A stretch of DNA of 64,000 bases from a bacterium UBP13_UBA5359 (GCA_002410925.1 DHPR01000033.1:268397-332396), one strand, 5' to 3'; shown: positions 8,918 through 19,303, counted from the first letter of the stretch. Numbers and translations are program-made. The notes: generated from the sequence alone by a model not told the origin.

Positions 8918-9898
8918 CGCATTGCCTCATATGAAAAATCTACTTGAAATACTCTCCGGATCGAGGGCTTACTTCGTATAAGTAAAGTAGAACAATCTGC
9001 AATCTGGAGGTTAGCTATGGCATTTACCATGAAAGAACGTAAAGCTATTACCAGAGAAACCAGAGATGAATACAAACATGCCTCCGAAGGGGATAAGAAG
9101 GCTATTCTGGACGGCTTTATCCATCTCACAGGATATAATCGTTCCTATGCTGCTTACGTCCTTCGTAAAGATCCTAAACCCGCTCGCAAAAGATCCTCTG
9201 CTATTCGCAGAAAGACCAAGCCCAGAGTATATACCCCGGATATCATCGATCTACTGCGCAAGGTCTGGGCTGTCTGTGGCTACTGCTGCGGCAAGTGCTT
9301 GTCTCCTTCTTTATCGAAATAGACCTTGTGGCCCATGATGGTGGTAATAACTGTGGCGACTTCATGCAAGCTCTCAATGATACCGATATCTACGCCGGTT
9401 GGACTGAGACCATTGCTGTAAAGAACAAAGTTCAGAAATGGGTCTTTGCTGCTATCCAGCAGTTGCAAGATCGTTTTCCTTTTCCCATCCTTGGCATCGA
9501 TTCCGGCAACGGCAGTGAGTTTATTAACAACATCTATCTTCGCTTTCTATCTTCGCTTTCGCTTGCTTACCAACTACTCTCAGCCTGTTCGTAAACTCAT
9601 CAAGAAGGAAAGGATAGGCAGTAAGGTTAAAAAACGCTATGCTATAGCTGCTACTCCTTTCCAAAGGGTCTTACTCTCTGCGGATATACCTGCCCGGAAG
9701 AAAGAGGAGCTTCAAAGCATCTGAGATGCTTTGAAGCCAGCCCAATTACGTCAAGATGTAAACGCTATACTACGAAGAATATGGCAGGTGTCTGCCCATA
9801 AATACAACCCCAAAAAGGAGGACTTCGCCATACCCTTCGAGTAGATTTTTACGTGAGCATCTTACTCCCTTGAATAGATTTTTTAATGAGGCATCACG
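8918..9898 (+). mobile_element. Internally deleted insertion sequence with imperfect terminal inverted repeats
   Basis: Left CGCATTGCCTCATATGAAAAATCTACTTGAA; right end reverse-complement CGTGATGCCTCATTAAAAAATCTATTCAA; extra inner copy near 9836-9859. Confidence 0.75.
9017..9724 (+). pseudogene. DDE (rve, ISNCY-like) transposase pseudogene in three out-of-frame pieces
   Basis: MAFTMKERK...ILDGF...TGYNRSYA; EIDLVAH.G...GWTE...GIDSGNGSEFIN; QPVRKLIKKERIGSKVKKRY...TPFQR. Confidence 0.85.
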
Positions 9899-10064
9899 TG
9901 CTAACCGATTAAGGGCCTGTCGGCATTTCTGCACCCAGCAAATATCAATAAGATAGACTATCATACTAATCATACCAAGCCGAATTTCGCACCTTTTTGC
10001 TGCCGGTAAATGAAAAAAGCGGCTCCGGTAACCTTCGGAAGTCGCATGAATACTAGAAAATCTT

Positions 10065-10138
10065 TGGCTGCGGGACTAGGATTCGAACCTAGACTAACGG
10101 ATCCAGAGTCCGCCGTCCTACCATTAGACGATCCCGCA
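10065..10138 (-). tRNA. tRNA-Gln (anticodon CTG)
   Basis: Cloverleaf: TGCGGGA/TCCCGCA acceptor stem, GCGGA-CTCTGGA-TCCGT anticodon arm, GGTTCGAATCC, encoded CCA. Confidence 0.97.
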
Positions 10139-10179
10139 GCGATTTATAAAACGTGGCTCGTGTTTTTCCAACGTGCCTT

Positions 10180-10209
10180 ATTATAGCCTATGGCGTTTGA
10201 GGCTGTCAA
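10180..10209 (-). promoter_or_regulatory. Sigma70-type promoter of tRNA-Gln
   Basis: TTGACA-N18-TATAAT. Confidence 0.75.
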
Positions 10210-10263
10210 TAAAAAAGAGGCCCGCCTGGAGGCCTCAGATGGACGATCGGGAGTGTCCGTGAC

Positions 10264-10554
10264 TTAAGCCGGTGTTTCTTCCGCTCCCCTGCTGCTGAAA
10301 TAGTAAGCCACAGCCGTAGCCGCTAGAGCAGCAACCGTACTTATTATTATGGAGAGCCCTGTTCTAGGCTTCTGCCTGCCTGCCCTGCTCAATTCACGCA
10401 TTAAATCTCTTCTATCGTTTCTCATGCGCTGAAAATATTTACTGATAGCCGATCTAGCTGATTCTTCTTGAACATCCTTTAACAGCTGCTTTTGCATCTG
10501 TGCCTCATCCTTCAAATGCCTGGCAACAGTCTTCATGGCATCTTTGGCTTTCAA
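10264..10554 (-). CDS. Small helical protein with a C-terminal membrane anchor (hypothetical)
   Basis: Charged helical body then LSIIISTVAALAATAVAYYF; GAGGTG RBS before TTG 10554; hairpin at 10211-10236 downstream. Confidence 0.65.
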   Translation of the reverse strand: MKAKDAMKTVARHLKDEAQMQKQLLKDVQEESARSAISKYFQRMRNDRRDLMRELSRAGRQKPRTGLSIIISTVAALAATAVAYYFSSRGAEETPA

Positions 10555-10642
10555 ACTATTCACCTCACTTTCATAGTTGAACAAATATTTTTACAAAATG
10601 ACAATACCATAAAATTTATTCTCCATTCAACCTTTGAGATTT

Positions 10643-10667
10643 ATACCCGACCAACACAATTATAAAC
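10643..10667 (-). promoter_or_regulatory. SigB-like promoter for the tail-anchored protein
   Basis: GTTTAT-N13-GGGTAT on the minus strand. Confidence 0.6.
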
Positions 10668-10680
10668 CGGTGCCCGGTCT

Positions 10681-10705
10681 GTTTGAAAGCACTTTTTAAG
10701 GGTAT
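10681..10705 (+). promoter_or_regulatory. SigB-like promoter for the universal stress protein
   Basis: GTTTGA-N13-GGGTAT. Confidence 0.65.
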
Positions 10706-10736
10706 AAGTGGAATAAAATTCTAATGGAGGATATAA

Positions 10737-11177
10737 ATGTTCAAGATACTGCTTGCTACAGATGGTTCGGAAAGCTCGCTTAATGCGGCATCATTTGTAG
10801 CTGATCTTTTTGGCAAAAATGGCGGCCTAATAACAGTGATTCATGTCTTCTCTATGCCTACTATACCCGCAGCCACCACATACGCTCCTGCTGCCGGCAG
10901 TATAGATTGGGATCAGGTCGTGGCAGAGATGGAGAGAGCCAGTCATGACGTTCTGACAAAAACTGCTGCGGTACTGGCAGACAGAGGCATAACTGCGCAG
11001 ACCGTTCTGCTGCGAGGACGGCCTGCAGATGAGATCTGTAAATATGCGGAGAATGGAGATTATGATCTCATCGTCGTTGCCAGCCGGGGGCAAAGCACTC
11101 TCAAACAGGTTCTGCTGGGCAGCGTAAGTGAGGGTGTATCACATAATTGTAAAAAAGCGGTCTTGATTGTAAAGTAA
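10737..11177 (+). CDS. Universal stress protein (UspA family)
   Basis: KILLATDGSE, G.PADEI, DLIVVASRG......LLGSVSE. Confidence 0.95.
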   Translation: MFKILLATDGSESSLNAASFVADLFGKNGGLITVIHVFSMPTIPAATTYAPAAGSIDWDQVVAEMERASHDVLTKTAAVLADRGITAQTVLLRGRPADEICKYAENGDYDLIVVASRGQSTLKQVLLGSVSEGVSHNCKKAVLIVK

Positions 11178-11190
11178 CCCAAAAGCCTGC

Positions 11191-13575
11191 CTATGCCGGC
11201 TTTTTCATCTCCACTTCCACCATGTGCATCAACCCATCCCGCATATCCGGCAAAAGGTTCCCTTCCACTCTCTTGCCGTCCATGATTATTTTATCAACGC
11301 CGGTGCCTGTACCGTAATTATTACGTATCGCGATATCATAGATACTGCCCCGGAATGATCTTCTAATGCGACATTCACGCCAAGCAGCAGGTAAGCAGGG
11401 TTCAACCAGCAATCCCTTGTAATGAGGGCGTACACCCATAATCCAATCTATGCAGACTCTCCACATCCAGGCAGCCGTTCCGGTGGTCCAGGTAAACTCT
11501 CCCTCGCCATAATATTCGGAATCCGGTCCGTAAAGATATTCGGCATATACATACGGTTCCACCTTATAGATATCAATATTCTGAGATCTGGTAATAAAGG
11601 AGCTCCTGTGCCAGATATCAAAGGCTCTATCGCCTCGTTTGAGAATACATTCGGCAATGACAGACCAACAAACAGAATGATTGAATATTGTACCGTTCTC
11701 TTTTACTCCCGGCGCAAATCTGGTTATTATCCCTATACCGGGATCAGGATTACCGTAGGCAGGAAGAAAAATAGCCGGCCCGTAATCCGTATCCAGCCTT
11801 TCAGCCACAGCATCCATACATTGAAATGCTCTATCCGTCGGCGCAGTCCCGCTGATTACCGCCCAACTCTGGGTATTAAGATAAATAGATCCCTCTTGCT
11901 CTTTTGCGCTTCCCAGAGCTCTGCCGTCATCGGTTGTAGCTCTGATGTACCATTTACCGTCCCAGCAGATATCGTTTATTCTGGCGGCAAGATCGTCCGC
12001 CAGGTGACGATAGTTGAGAGCGGCATCGATATTTCCTTTGTTTTCCATCAGATCGGCAGCTTCTCTAAGCATCCAGACAAGCTGTTGGCCTACCATCACA
12101 CTCTCGCCATATCCTTGCCTCCCTACCTGATCCAAACCGTCATTCCAATCACCGGCCCCGATTAGCGGCAGACCTCTGGGACTACGGCTGGACAGAGCAT
12201 AACTGAGCGCCTTATGAATATGATTGAGAACCGTATCTATGCCGCCATCATAAAAATCCACTTTAGAATCGACAAAATTTATATCTCCTGTCTCTTTGAT
12301 ATACTCGGCTACAGCCATTACCAGCCATAAAGGGTCATCCGAATGTCCTGTTTTGGAGCCGGTGTCACTGACAGGATCCCAGTTATGGATACAACTGCCG
12401 TCGGAATATTGATGCTCCAGCAACGCCAACAGACGCTTTTGAGCTCGCTCCGGTTCCATAGGCAAGATACCAAGAATATCCTGACAGGCATCGCGAAAAC
12501 CTATAATAGAACCACCGCCTATATAATAAGAATCCATGCGTGCCCAGTATGAGGTAACCCAGGCCTGATACTTATTCCAGTAGTTGACTGATAAATCAAA
12601 GTTCTCATGAGGGGTTTTTATCTCCACTTTCTTCAGATAATCTGCCCAGTAGCTTCGGATATCGGTCAGCGACCGAGCAACATTACCGATGTCGGAATAT
12701 CTCTCTTTAATATCCGCTACTTCGTCATATGTAGAGGCAATGCCCAACATTACAACATATTCCCTGGTCTCCCCCGGTATCAGTTCCAGATCATGCTCAA
12801 AAGCTGCTACTGCATATCTACCAAAGGCATGGCTATTGGAGCATCTCCCTTCCGTTACAGCCACCGGATTGCTCCAGTTGCGATTAGTACCAACAAAGCG
12901 CTCTTTAAGGCAGTCATAACCGTCAACCTCCTGATTGACGGCAAAGAAGGCGTATTTGCCCCAGTCGGTATTAGGATTTATTTGCGCTCCCGCTACTGCT
13001 ACGTTCCAAAAGCGCATAGTAGCATATATTACTCCCTTGCTGAAAAAGACATTATCAAAGAGCTTGGAAAAACTGCTTTCCAGGAGTTTAAAAGCATTGT
13101 TTCCCATATTCCATTCCATAAAATCAAAGAGCTTCAACCGGCGGGTTTCTTCTCCATCATTACGTAATCTTACCCACCATATTTCCAGGTCATCTTGCAG
13201 CGGCACAAAATACGTTATCTCTGTCCAGATACGATTGTATTTTGAACTTACTACAGTATAACCCATACCATGGCGGCTCTCCCATTCCACAGGATTACGA
13301 CAGACAGGCTGCCAGTTAGCGGACCAATATTCACCGCTGTCTCGGTCGCGTATATAGACGTATCTTCCCGGTCTGTCCTGAAGGAGAGTCTCCTCGGGAT
13401 ATTTCTTGGTGATGCGATCATAGCCGGAACTTTGCCAAAAGCTGTAGCCACCTCCGGTCTGGGAAACAAGGCCACAATATGATCCATTGGTCAAGTAGTT
13501 TATCCATGGTCTGGGCAGATCGGGTGTTTTGACAATATATTCACTGCCATCAACAGAGAAGCTGCCATAATCCAT
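11191..13575 (-). CDS. GH94 glycoside phosphorylase (cellobiose/chitobiose phosphorylase-like)
   Basis: PRPWINYL, GFRDACQD, HSDDPLW, catalytic GDWNDGL, KENGTIFNH, WTTGTAAW. Confidence 0.92.
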   Translation of the reverse strand: MDYGSFSVDGSEYIVKTPDLPRPWINYLTNGSYCGLVSQTGGGYSFWQSSGYDRITKKYPEETLLQDRPGRYVYIRDRDSGEYWSANWQPVCRNPVEWESRHGMGYTVVSSKYNRIWTEITYFVPLQDDLEIWWVRLRNDGEETRRLKLFDFMEWNMGNNAFKLLESSFSKLFDNVFFSKGVIYATMRFWNVAVAGAQINPNTDWGKYAFFAVNQEVDGYDCLKERFVGTNRNWSNPVAVTEGRCSNSHAFGRYAVAAFEHDLELIPGETREYVVMLGIASTYDEVADIKERYSDIGNVARSLTDIRSYWADYLKKVEIKTPHENFDLSVNYWNKYQAWVTSYWARMDSYYIGGGSIIGFRDACQDILGILPMEPERAQKRLLALLEHQYSDGSCIHNWDPVSDTGSKTGHSDDPLWLVMAVAEYIKETGDINFVDSKVDFYDGGIDTVLNHIHKALSYALSSRSPRGLPLIGAGDWNDGLDQVGRQGYGESVMVGQQLVWMLREAADLMENKGNIDAALNYRHLADDLAARINDICWDGKWYIRATTDDGRALGSAKEQEGSIYLNTQSWAVISGTAPTDRAFQCMDAVAERLDTDYGPAIFLPAYGNPDPGIGIITRFAPGVKENGTIFNHSVCWSVIAECILKRGDRAFDIWHRSSFITRSQNIDIYKVEPYVYAEYLYGPDSEYYGEGEFTWTTGTAAWMWRVCIDWIMGVRPHYKGLLVEPCLPAAWRECRIRRSFRGSIYDIAIRNNYGTGTGVDKIIMDGKRVEGNLLPDMRDGLMHMVEVEMKKPA

Positions 13576-13596
13576 TGGTGCTGCCTCCGTTCGATT

Positions 13597-13815
13597 TCAA
13601 TATAATACCGCTATTTCATTGATAACCTCTCGCACACCTGGAACACCTCTGGCTAAAAACTCTGCCTCTCTGCGCTGTTCCTCATTATTTACTCTACCTC
13701 TGAGAATTACAATCTTGCCATGCGCTTCTACGGTTATAGACAATGCCCCGACACGACTATCGGCTGCCAGTGCTGTAAGAACCCTAGCTGCTAGTCCCTC
13801 TTCACTCATAGCCAT
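13597..13815 (-). CDS. Single BON-domain protein
   Basis: ITVEAHGKIVILRGRV...AEFLARGVPGVREVINEI; GGAGGTG RBS before ATG 13815. Confidence 0.85.
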   Translation of the reverse strand: MAMSEEGLAARVLTALAADSRVGALSITVEAHGKIVILRGRVNNEEQRREAEFLARGVPGVREVINEIAVLY

Positions 13816-13852
13816 AAGCTGCACCTCCGGGATATTCCGTTTCAGCATCCTT

Positions 13853-13878
13853 ATACCCGTATTGGTAAAACAGAAAAC
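13853..13878 (-). promoter_or_regulatory. SigB-like promoter for the BON-GH94 unit
   Basis: GTTTTC-N14-GGGTAT on the minus strand. Confidence 0.55.
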
Positions 13879-13893
13879 TTTCGGCTATCTTAC

Positions 13894-13918
13894 GTTTAGC
13901 ATGCTTATCCAGGGGTAT
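13894..13918 (+). promoter_or_regulatory. SigB-like promoter for the barrel gene
   Basis: GTTTAG-N13-GGGTAT. Confidence 0.6.
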
Positions 13919-13953
13919 AAATAACTCGATAAAAAATCATGGGGGTACCCGAT

Positions 13954-14595
13954 ATGAAAAAATCATTAGGTCTTTTATTTACGATCATGTTCTTACTGGT
14001 ATCGGCAACAACATTGTGGGCATCACCCAGCTTCTATGGCTACACCGGTCTGCTCTTTGTGCCGACGGCTGCAACTCTGGAGAGTGGTGAATTTAATATC
14101 GCTGTGCAGACTATCAATCTCGATTTGGGGTCTCTAAGTGGCGGCAGCTTCACTTATGGTACTACTGATAAGTGGGAAGCCGGCATTGCGGTCGCCAGCC
14201 AAGATCTCGGAATAATAGATGGAACTTTAATCAATACCAAGCTTCGCATCAGCAATTTCGGTAATGCCTCCATCGTGTCCGTTGGTGGCATTTTTCCCTT
14301 CGAAGGCAGTAATTCCACCATATATGGTGTGCTAAGCCAACGTATGGCTATACCGGGTATAGATGCCAATCCCATTACCGGCCATATAGGCTGGGGTTCA
14401 GGAGGTATTCTGGATGGCATATTTATCGGATTAGATGGCGTCATCAATCCTCGGACAACAGCTATGCTTGAATATGATAGCTCTAATTTAAACGCGGGTG
14501 TTCGCTTTGCACTCACTGAAGAGTTCAGAGCTACTGCCGCATTATTCGATTTCAGTGACCTTGGCCTGCAAGTGAGTTATAATCGACGTTTCTAA
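13954..14595 (+). CDS. YjbH-like putative outer-membrane beta-barrel protein
   Basis: Signal peptide; PSFYGYTGLLFVPTA; LEYD...NAGVRF; C-terminal Phe (SYNRRF). Confidence 0.65.
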   Translation: MKKSLGLLFTIMFLLVSATTLWASPSFYGYTGLLFVPTAATLESGEFNIAVQTINLDLGSLSGGSFTYGTTDKWEAGIAVASQDLGIIDGTLINTKLRISNFGNASIVSVGGIFPFEGSNSTIYGVLSQRMAIPGIDANPITGHIGWGSGGILDGIFIGLDGVINPRTTAMLEYDSSNLNAGVRFALTEEFRATAALFDFSDLGLQVSYNRRF

Positions 14596-14614
14596 AATTA
14601 TCAATAAATTGCCC

Positions 14615-14646
14615 GGCCTTCTCCATATTGGAGAAGGCCCTGTTTT
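14615..14646 (+). terminator. Intrinsic terminator after the barrel gene
   Basis: GGCCTTCTCCA-tat-TGGAGAAGGCC followed by CTGTTTT. Confidence 0.65.
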
Positions 14647-14679
14647 AACTATCAAAGAAGCATTCGGATGGGGAGCAAT

Positions 14680-15801
14680 ATGAATATCTGTGTTGTTCAT
14701 GATTACCTTTTTCAGATGGGCGGTGCGGAAAAAGTAGTAGCGGAACTGCATCGAATATATCCCGAGGCACCGATCTACACTTCAATTTATCGTCCGGATA
14801 GAGTTTCTCCAGAGTTCCATAAAATGGATATCAGAACTACCTTTTTACAGCAATTCGCCTGGATGGATCATCATGCCAGAAAGCTGCTTCCATTATATCC
14901 GTCGGCATTCGAGAACTTTAATCTGGAAGGTTACGATGTGGTTTTGAGTAGCTCTTCAGCCTTTGCTAAAGGGGTGATAACTCCTCCGGGTACCTTGCAT
15001 ATCTGTTATTGCTATACTCCCATGCGTTTTGCCTGGATGTACCACGCTTATATCGAACGTGAGGAATTTAATAGAGCTATCAGGTGTATACTGCCGTTCA
15101 TGATCAAGGGCATACGTACCTGGGATGAAGCGTCATCATCCAGAGTGGATCATTTCATAGCTATCTCCGGCTGCGTAGCCGACCGTATTCGTAAATACTA
15201 TCGCAGAGAAGCAACAATTATTTATCCACCGGTAGATGTTAAACATTTCAATGATATACCTCGCAACGCAGGCGAATACTTTTTGATAGTATCACGTCTT
15301 GTTCCGTATAAGAGAATTGATACGGCCGTCAAGGCTTTCAACTCTCTGGGGTTACCATTAAAAATAGCAGGAAATGGGCGTGATTTGAAAAGCTTGCGCG
15401 CCATCGCCAATTCCAATATCGAATTTATGGGATATTGCAGCCATGAAGAGATCAGAGAGCTTTACAGCCGGGCTATTGCTCTTCTCTTTCCCGGATATGA
15501 GGATTTCGGCATTGTTCCGGTAGAGGCTCAGGCAGCTGGATGTCCGGTTATAGCTTACAATGGTGGAGGCAGCAGAGAAACAATAAAGCCTGGTGTCAGT
15601 GGCATCCTCTACAACGAGCAAACGGAAGATTCATTAAAAAAAGCAGTCCTTGATTTTGATCCTTCCGATTATAGCGTTGAAACGCTGCGTCGAGAAGCAA
15701 GCCGATTTGACAATGCGCGATTTGCATCGGAAATCACGACTTTTATTGAGAAAGCCTGTGACGACAGAAGATCGAGAAAGTTTGGCCGATGCCTTGGATA
15801 G
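14680..15801 (+). CDS. Glycosyltransferase family 4
   Basis: VHDYL...GGAEKV, SRLVPYKRID, EDFGIVPVEAQAAG. Confidence 0.93.
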   Translation: MNICVVHDYLFQMGGAEKVVAELHRIYPEAPIYTSIYRPDRVSPEFHKMDIRTTFLQQFAWMDHHARKLLPLYPSAFENFNLEGYDVVLSSSSAFAKGVITPPGTLHICYCYTPMRFAWMYHAYIEREEFNRAIRCILPFMIKGIRTWDEASSSRVDHFIAISGCVADRIRKYYRREATIIYPPVDVKHFNDIPRNAGEYFLIVSRLVPYKRIDTAVKAFNSLGLPLKIAGNGRDLKSLRAIANSNIEFMGYCSHEEIRELYSRAIALLFPGYEDFGIVPVEAQAAGCPVIAYNGGGSRETIKPGVSGILYNEQTEDSLKKAVLDFDPSDYSVETLRREASRFDNARFASEITTFIEKACDDRRSRKFGRCLG

Positions 15802-15844
15802 ATTGATTATGTAAGCCCCCTCCCCTGGTAATTTCCAGCGCGTG

Positions 15845-15874
15845 TTGACAACGAAGCCGCACCAAAGGTATAAT
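15845..15874 (+). promoter_or_regulatory. Sigma70-type promoter of tRNA-Leu
   Basis: TTGACA-N18-TATAAT. Confidence 0.75.
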
Positions 15875-15887
15875 ATTAACTCGAAAT

Positions 15888-15972
<85 letters not shown>

Positions 15973-16046
15973 TTCATATCCATAAGGTTCTATTAATTAT
16001 CAGCAGTCATTGATATTTAGCCTTAACCTCTCAAAAATCAGAAGGA

Positions 16047-17027
16047 TTATGCGGAAGCCGACCATAGATGGCAGGCAACTGCATGGCCATTTGCCATCTC
16101 TTCAAGAAGAGGATCATGATGGCGGCAAACTCCCATGGCACAAGGGCATCTCTGATGGAAACGACAGCCGGTCGGTGGATTCATCGGACTGGGCAAATCC
16201 CCTTCCAGAACGGGGCCTTGCCGTTGATCCTTACCAAAGCCTGGTGCGGCAGACAGTAAGGCCTGGGTGTAAGGATGCAGCGGCTTGGCAAAAAGACTTT
16301 CTACAGGAGCCCTTTCCACTATCCGTCCCAGATACATGACGGCCACTTCATGGCTGATATAGCGAACCACATTTAAATCATGTGAAATAAAGAGATAAGC
16401 CAGCCCCAATTCCTTTTGTAGATCTACAAGAAGGTTGAGTATCTGAGCCTGTATGGATACATCGAGTGCCGATACCGGCTCATCGGCCACTATAAAGGAT
16501 GGCTGCAGGGCAAGCGCTCTGGCAATACCTATTCGTTGCCTTTGCCCACTGCTGAATTCATGTGGATAACGACCGGCATGAGATGGATCCAGCCCCACCA
16601 TGGACATCAAGCGCTCTATCTCCAGATTGCGTTCGGCATCTGAAACCATGTTGTGAACCTCCAACGGTTCAGATATGATACGCGCTACCGTCATTCTGGG
16701 GTTCAATGAGGCAAAAGGATCCTGAAAAATCATCTGCAGCTTGCGGCGCAAGGGTCTCATCTGCCTGCCGCTCAGCCTGAGGATATCCTGCCCTTCATAG
16801 CGAATAGATCCGGATGTAGGCTCAATAAGACGCAGCAATGTGCGTCCCAGTGTAGACTTTCCACAACCACTCTCACCAACAAGGCCCATAGTATGTCCGG
16901 CGGCAATATCAAAGCTAACGCCATCAACAGCCTGGACATCGCCTATTTTTCGAGCTCTTATAACGCCGCTGGTAACAGGAAAATGCTTAACAAGGTCTCT
17001 TACCTCTATCAGTTTATATGAGGACAT
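16047..17027 (-). CDS. oppF: Oligopeptide ABC transporter ATPase
   Basis: [31 protein letters not shown]-terminal GCRFHQRCP. Confidence 0.92.
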   Translation of the reverse strand: MSSYKLIEVRDLVKHFPVTSGVIRARKIGDVQAVDGVSFDIAAGHTMGLVGESGCGKSTLGRTLLRLIEPTSGSIRYEGQDILRLSGRQMRPLRRKLQMIFQDPFASLNPRMTVARIISEPLEVHNMVSDAERNLEIERLMSMVGLDPSHAGRYPHEFSSGQRQRIGIARALALQPSFIVADEPVSALDVSIQAQILNLLVDLQKELGLAYLFISHDLNVVRYISHEVAVMYLGRIVERAPVESLFAKPLHPYTQALLSAAPGFGKDQRQGPVLEGDLPSPMNPPTGCRFHQRCPCAMGVCRHHDPLLEEMANGHAVACHLWSASA

Positions 17028-17999
17028 CTACATCTCCCCCAGAGCATGATAATCGCAGGCCAGGCTGCGCCCGTCCGATACGAATCTTTCCACCGGTGAA
17101 AGATCGCTGCAGCTAGAATGTGCCGTTGGGCAGCGTGGATGGAAAACGCATCCGCTTATTTTATCTATAAGGTTGGGCGGATTGCCGCCAATCGTCTGCA
17201 ATCGCTCTCCGGAAGAGGAGAAACCGGGAATAGAATTGCGCAGCGCTATAGTATAAGGATGTCCGGGATTGCTCAGTATTTGTTCGGCATTACCCCGTTC
17301 CATCACGCGGCCGGCATAAAAAACAGCCAGATCATGGCAAAGCTGCGCCGCTACCCTGAGGTCATGAGTGATCACTATGATGCTCATTTTATTTTCCGCC
17401 TGAAGATCACGCAGCAGATTCAATATCTGAGCCTGCACGGTCACATCCAGTGCCGTCGTAGGCTCATCCGCTATCAACAGGCGGGGTTTGCAGGCTATAG
17501 CCATAGCTATCATAATACGCTGCCGCATGCCGCCGCTGAACTGATGCGGATAATCTCCGGCTCTATCAGCGGCATCAGGTATGCTGACACGTTCCATGGC
17601 TTCGACCGCCATCGACCAAGCCCTCCTGCGGCTCGTTCGCTTATGAATCTCTATTGCCTCTGCTATCTGTTCGCCGACACTAAGAACGGGATTGAGTGAT
17701 GTCATAGGGTCCTGAAACACCATGCCGATACCACCGCCGCGTACCTGCCGCATCTCTTCACGGCTCAAGGCAAGCAAGTCTCTGCCCTCAAAGAGGATAC
17801 TGCCTGCCATAATCCTTCCCGGCGGCTGTATCAGCCGCATAACAGAGAGCATGGTCACGCTCTTGCCGCAGCCTGATTCACCTACAATGCCAAGGGTTCG
17901 GCCGCTTTCCAATTCAAGATCAACGCCATCCACGGCACGGACAAGGCCTGCTTCGGTCTGAAAATGAACTTGCAGGCCATTGATATGCAAGAGGCTCAT
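17028..17999 (-). CDS. oppD: Oligopeptide ABC transporter ATPase
   Basis: [37 protein letters not shown]. Confidence 0.92.
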   Translation of the reverse strand: MSLLHINGLQVHFQTEAGLVRAVDGVDLELESGRTLGIVGESGCGKSVTMLSVMRLIQPPGRIMAGSILFEGRDLLALSREEMRQVRGGGIGMVFQDPMTSLNPVLSVGEQIAEAIEIHKRTSRRRAWSMAVEAMERVSIPDAADRAGDYPHQFSGGMRQRIMIAMAIACKPRLLIADEPTTALDVTVQAQILNLLRDLQAENKMSIIVITHDLRVAAQLCHDLAVFYAGRVMERGNAEQILSNPGHPYTIALRNSIPGFSSSGERLQTIGGNPPNLIDKISGCVFHPRCPTAHSSCSDLSPVERFVSDGRSLACDYHALGEM

Positions 18000-19303
18000 T
18001 CTGCTCCTCCTGAAGATATGAAAGATGGGCCGATAGCAACAATCAGAGGATCTTGCATATATCGCCTGGCCGCTCGCTGTATGTCGGAAAGAGTAACATC
18101 GGCAAGCAAACAGGGATAACGGTCTACAAAATTGTAACCCAGACCAATGGTTTCGAACCAGCCCCGGTAAAAAGCTTTATCGGCGCTACGCTCCTGAGCC
18201 ATCATAAAAACACCATGCAGATACGCCTTGGCACGTTGCATTTCATCATATGTAATACTTGCAAGCTTAACCTTCTCAACCAAATCAAGCATAGCTTGTT
18301 CAGCCTCCTGCGCCCGCTCCGGTGCTGTACCTATATAAAGAATCGCACGTGATCCCAGCTGCCTGGTGGAATAGAATGAGGCCGTTTCATATGCCAATCC
18401 TCTGCGCTCCCTCAGCTCACCGAACAGGCGTGAATCCATGCCGCCACCTATAACTGAGTCCAGAATCTTCATGGCGGCGTAATCACGGCTATCAGCCGGT
18501 GGAGCATCATACGCCATGAATATCCACGTTCCCTGTATATCCTTATCGAGATGATGCTTTCCCTTGGCGGATGATCGCAAACGAATGGTTGTCACATGCT
18601 GTGATCCCGGCCGTTGGATTCCATAATTTACCCAGCCATCGGAAACTCTATCGGCCAGATGCAAGGCATCTACATCACCGCAAACAGAGAGGACGGCGCG
18701 TTCCGGCCGATACCATCTCTTCAAGGCATTACGAATATCGGTTACGGTTATTCGACGCAGAAGAGCGGCTGTTGCACGCCTGTTCACAGCATAGGGATGG
18801 CGACCGTATGTTCTGCGATAAATCTCTGCCAGCCCGGCCTCCATCGGGTTATCCTCTGCAGCCTCCAGCCCGCGAAGAGCGAGAGTAATCTCATTTTTCA
18901 GTACGCTTTCTTCCAGAGATGGAGAGAGCAGCGCCTGGCGCATCATATCGGCAGCCAGACAGGCGTTCTCCTTCAGTGTGCGTGCGGATAGCAATACATA
19001 ATCATCAGAGACTGCGGCGCTCATCTCTATTCCATTATCTTCAAGCATACCATTGAATTTCTCCGCATCAGCTTCAACAGTGCCCTTAAGAAGCATACCG
19101 GCTGTTAGATTAAAAACCGTCTTATTCTGCCCTGAAAGATGCGGAGATCGTATAAAGAGCCTGATAGAAACTATATCGCCCTCTGTTCCAGCCGTCACTA
19201 CGGTCATGCCGTTGGGCAAGACATCTTTGCGCGCAGCCGACGCCGGCACTATAAAAGCAAAGGAGAGCAAGTACATCAAAAATGGGATCGTTAATTTTCT
19301 CAT
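17996..19303 (-). CDS. M16B peptidase, non-catalytic subunit (secreted)
   Basis: Signal peptide; LPNGMTV; lacks HxxEH; keeps SRLFGELRERRGLAY. Confidence 0.85.
   Translation of the reverse strand: MRKLTIPFLMYLLSFAFIVPASAARKDVLPNGMTVVTAGTEGDIVSIRLFIRSPHLSGQNKTVFNLTAGMLLKGTVEADAEKFNGMLEDNGIEMSAAVSDDYVLLSARTLKENACLAADMMRQALLSPSLEESVLKNEITLALRGLEAAEDNPMEAGLAEIYRRTYGRHPYAVNRRATAALLRRITVTDIRNALKRWYRPERAVLSVCGDVDALHLADRVSDGWVNYGIQRPGSQHVTTIRLRSSAKGKHHLDKDIQGTWIFMAYDAPPADSRDYAAMKILDSVIGGGMDSRLFGELRERRGLAYETASFYSTRQLGSRAILYIGTAPERAQEAEQAMLDLVEKVKLASITYDEMQRAKAYLHGVFMMAQERSADKAFYRGWFETIGLGYNFVDRYPCLLADVTLSDIQRAARRYMQDPLIVAIGPSFISSGGAE

Larger units (their letters stand above)
7241..10108. mobile_element. 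Degenerate integrative islet at tRNA-Gln(CTG)
   Basis: Bounded by an 18-bp direct repeat; contains a short tandem repeat, a cargo gene, an assembly gap and an IS relic. Confidence 0.65.
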
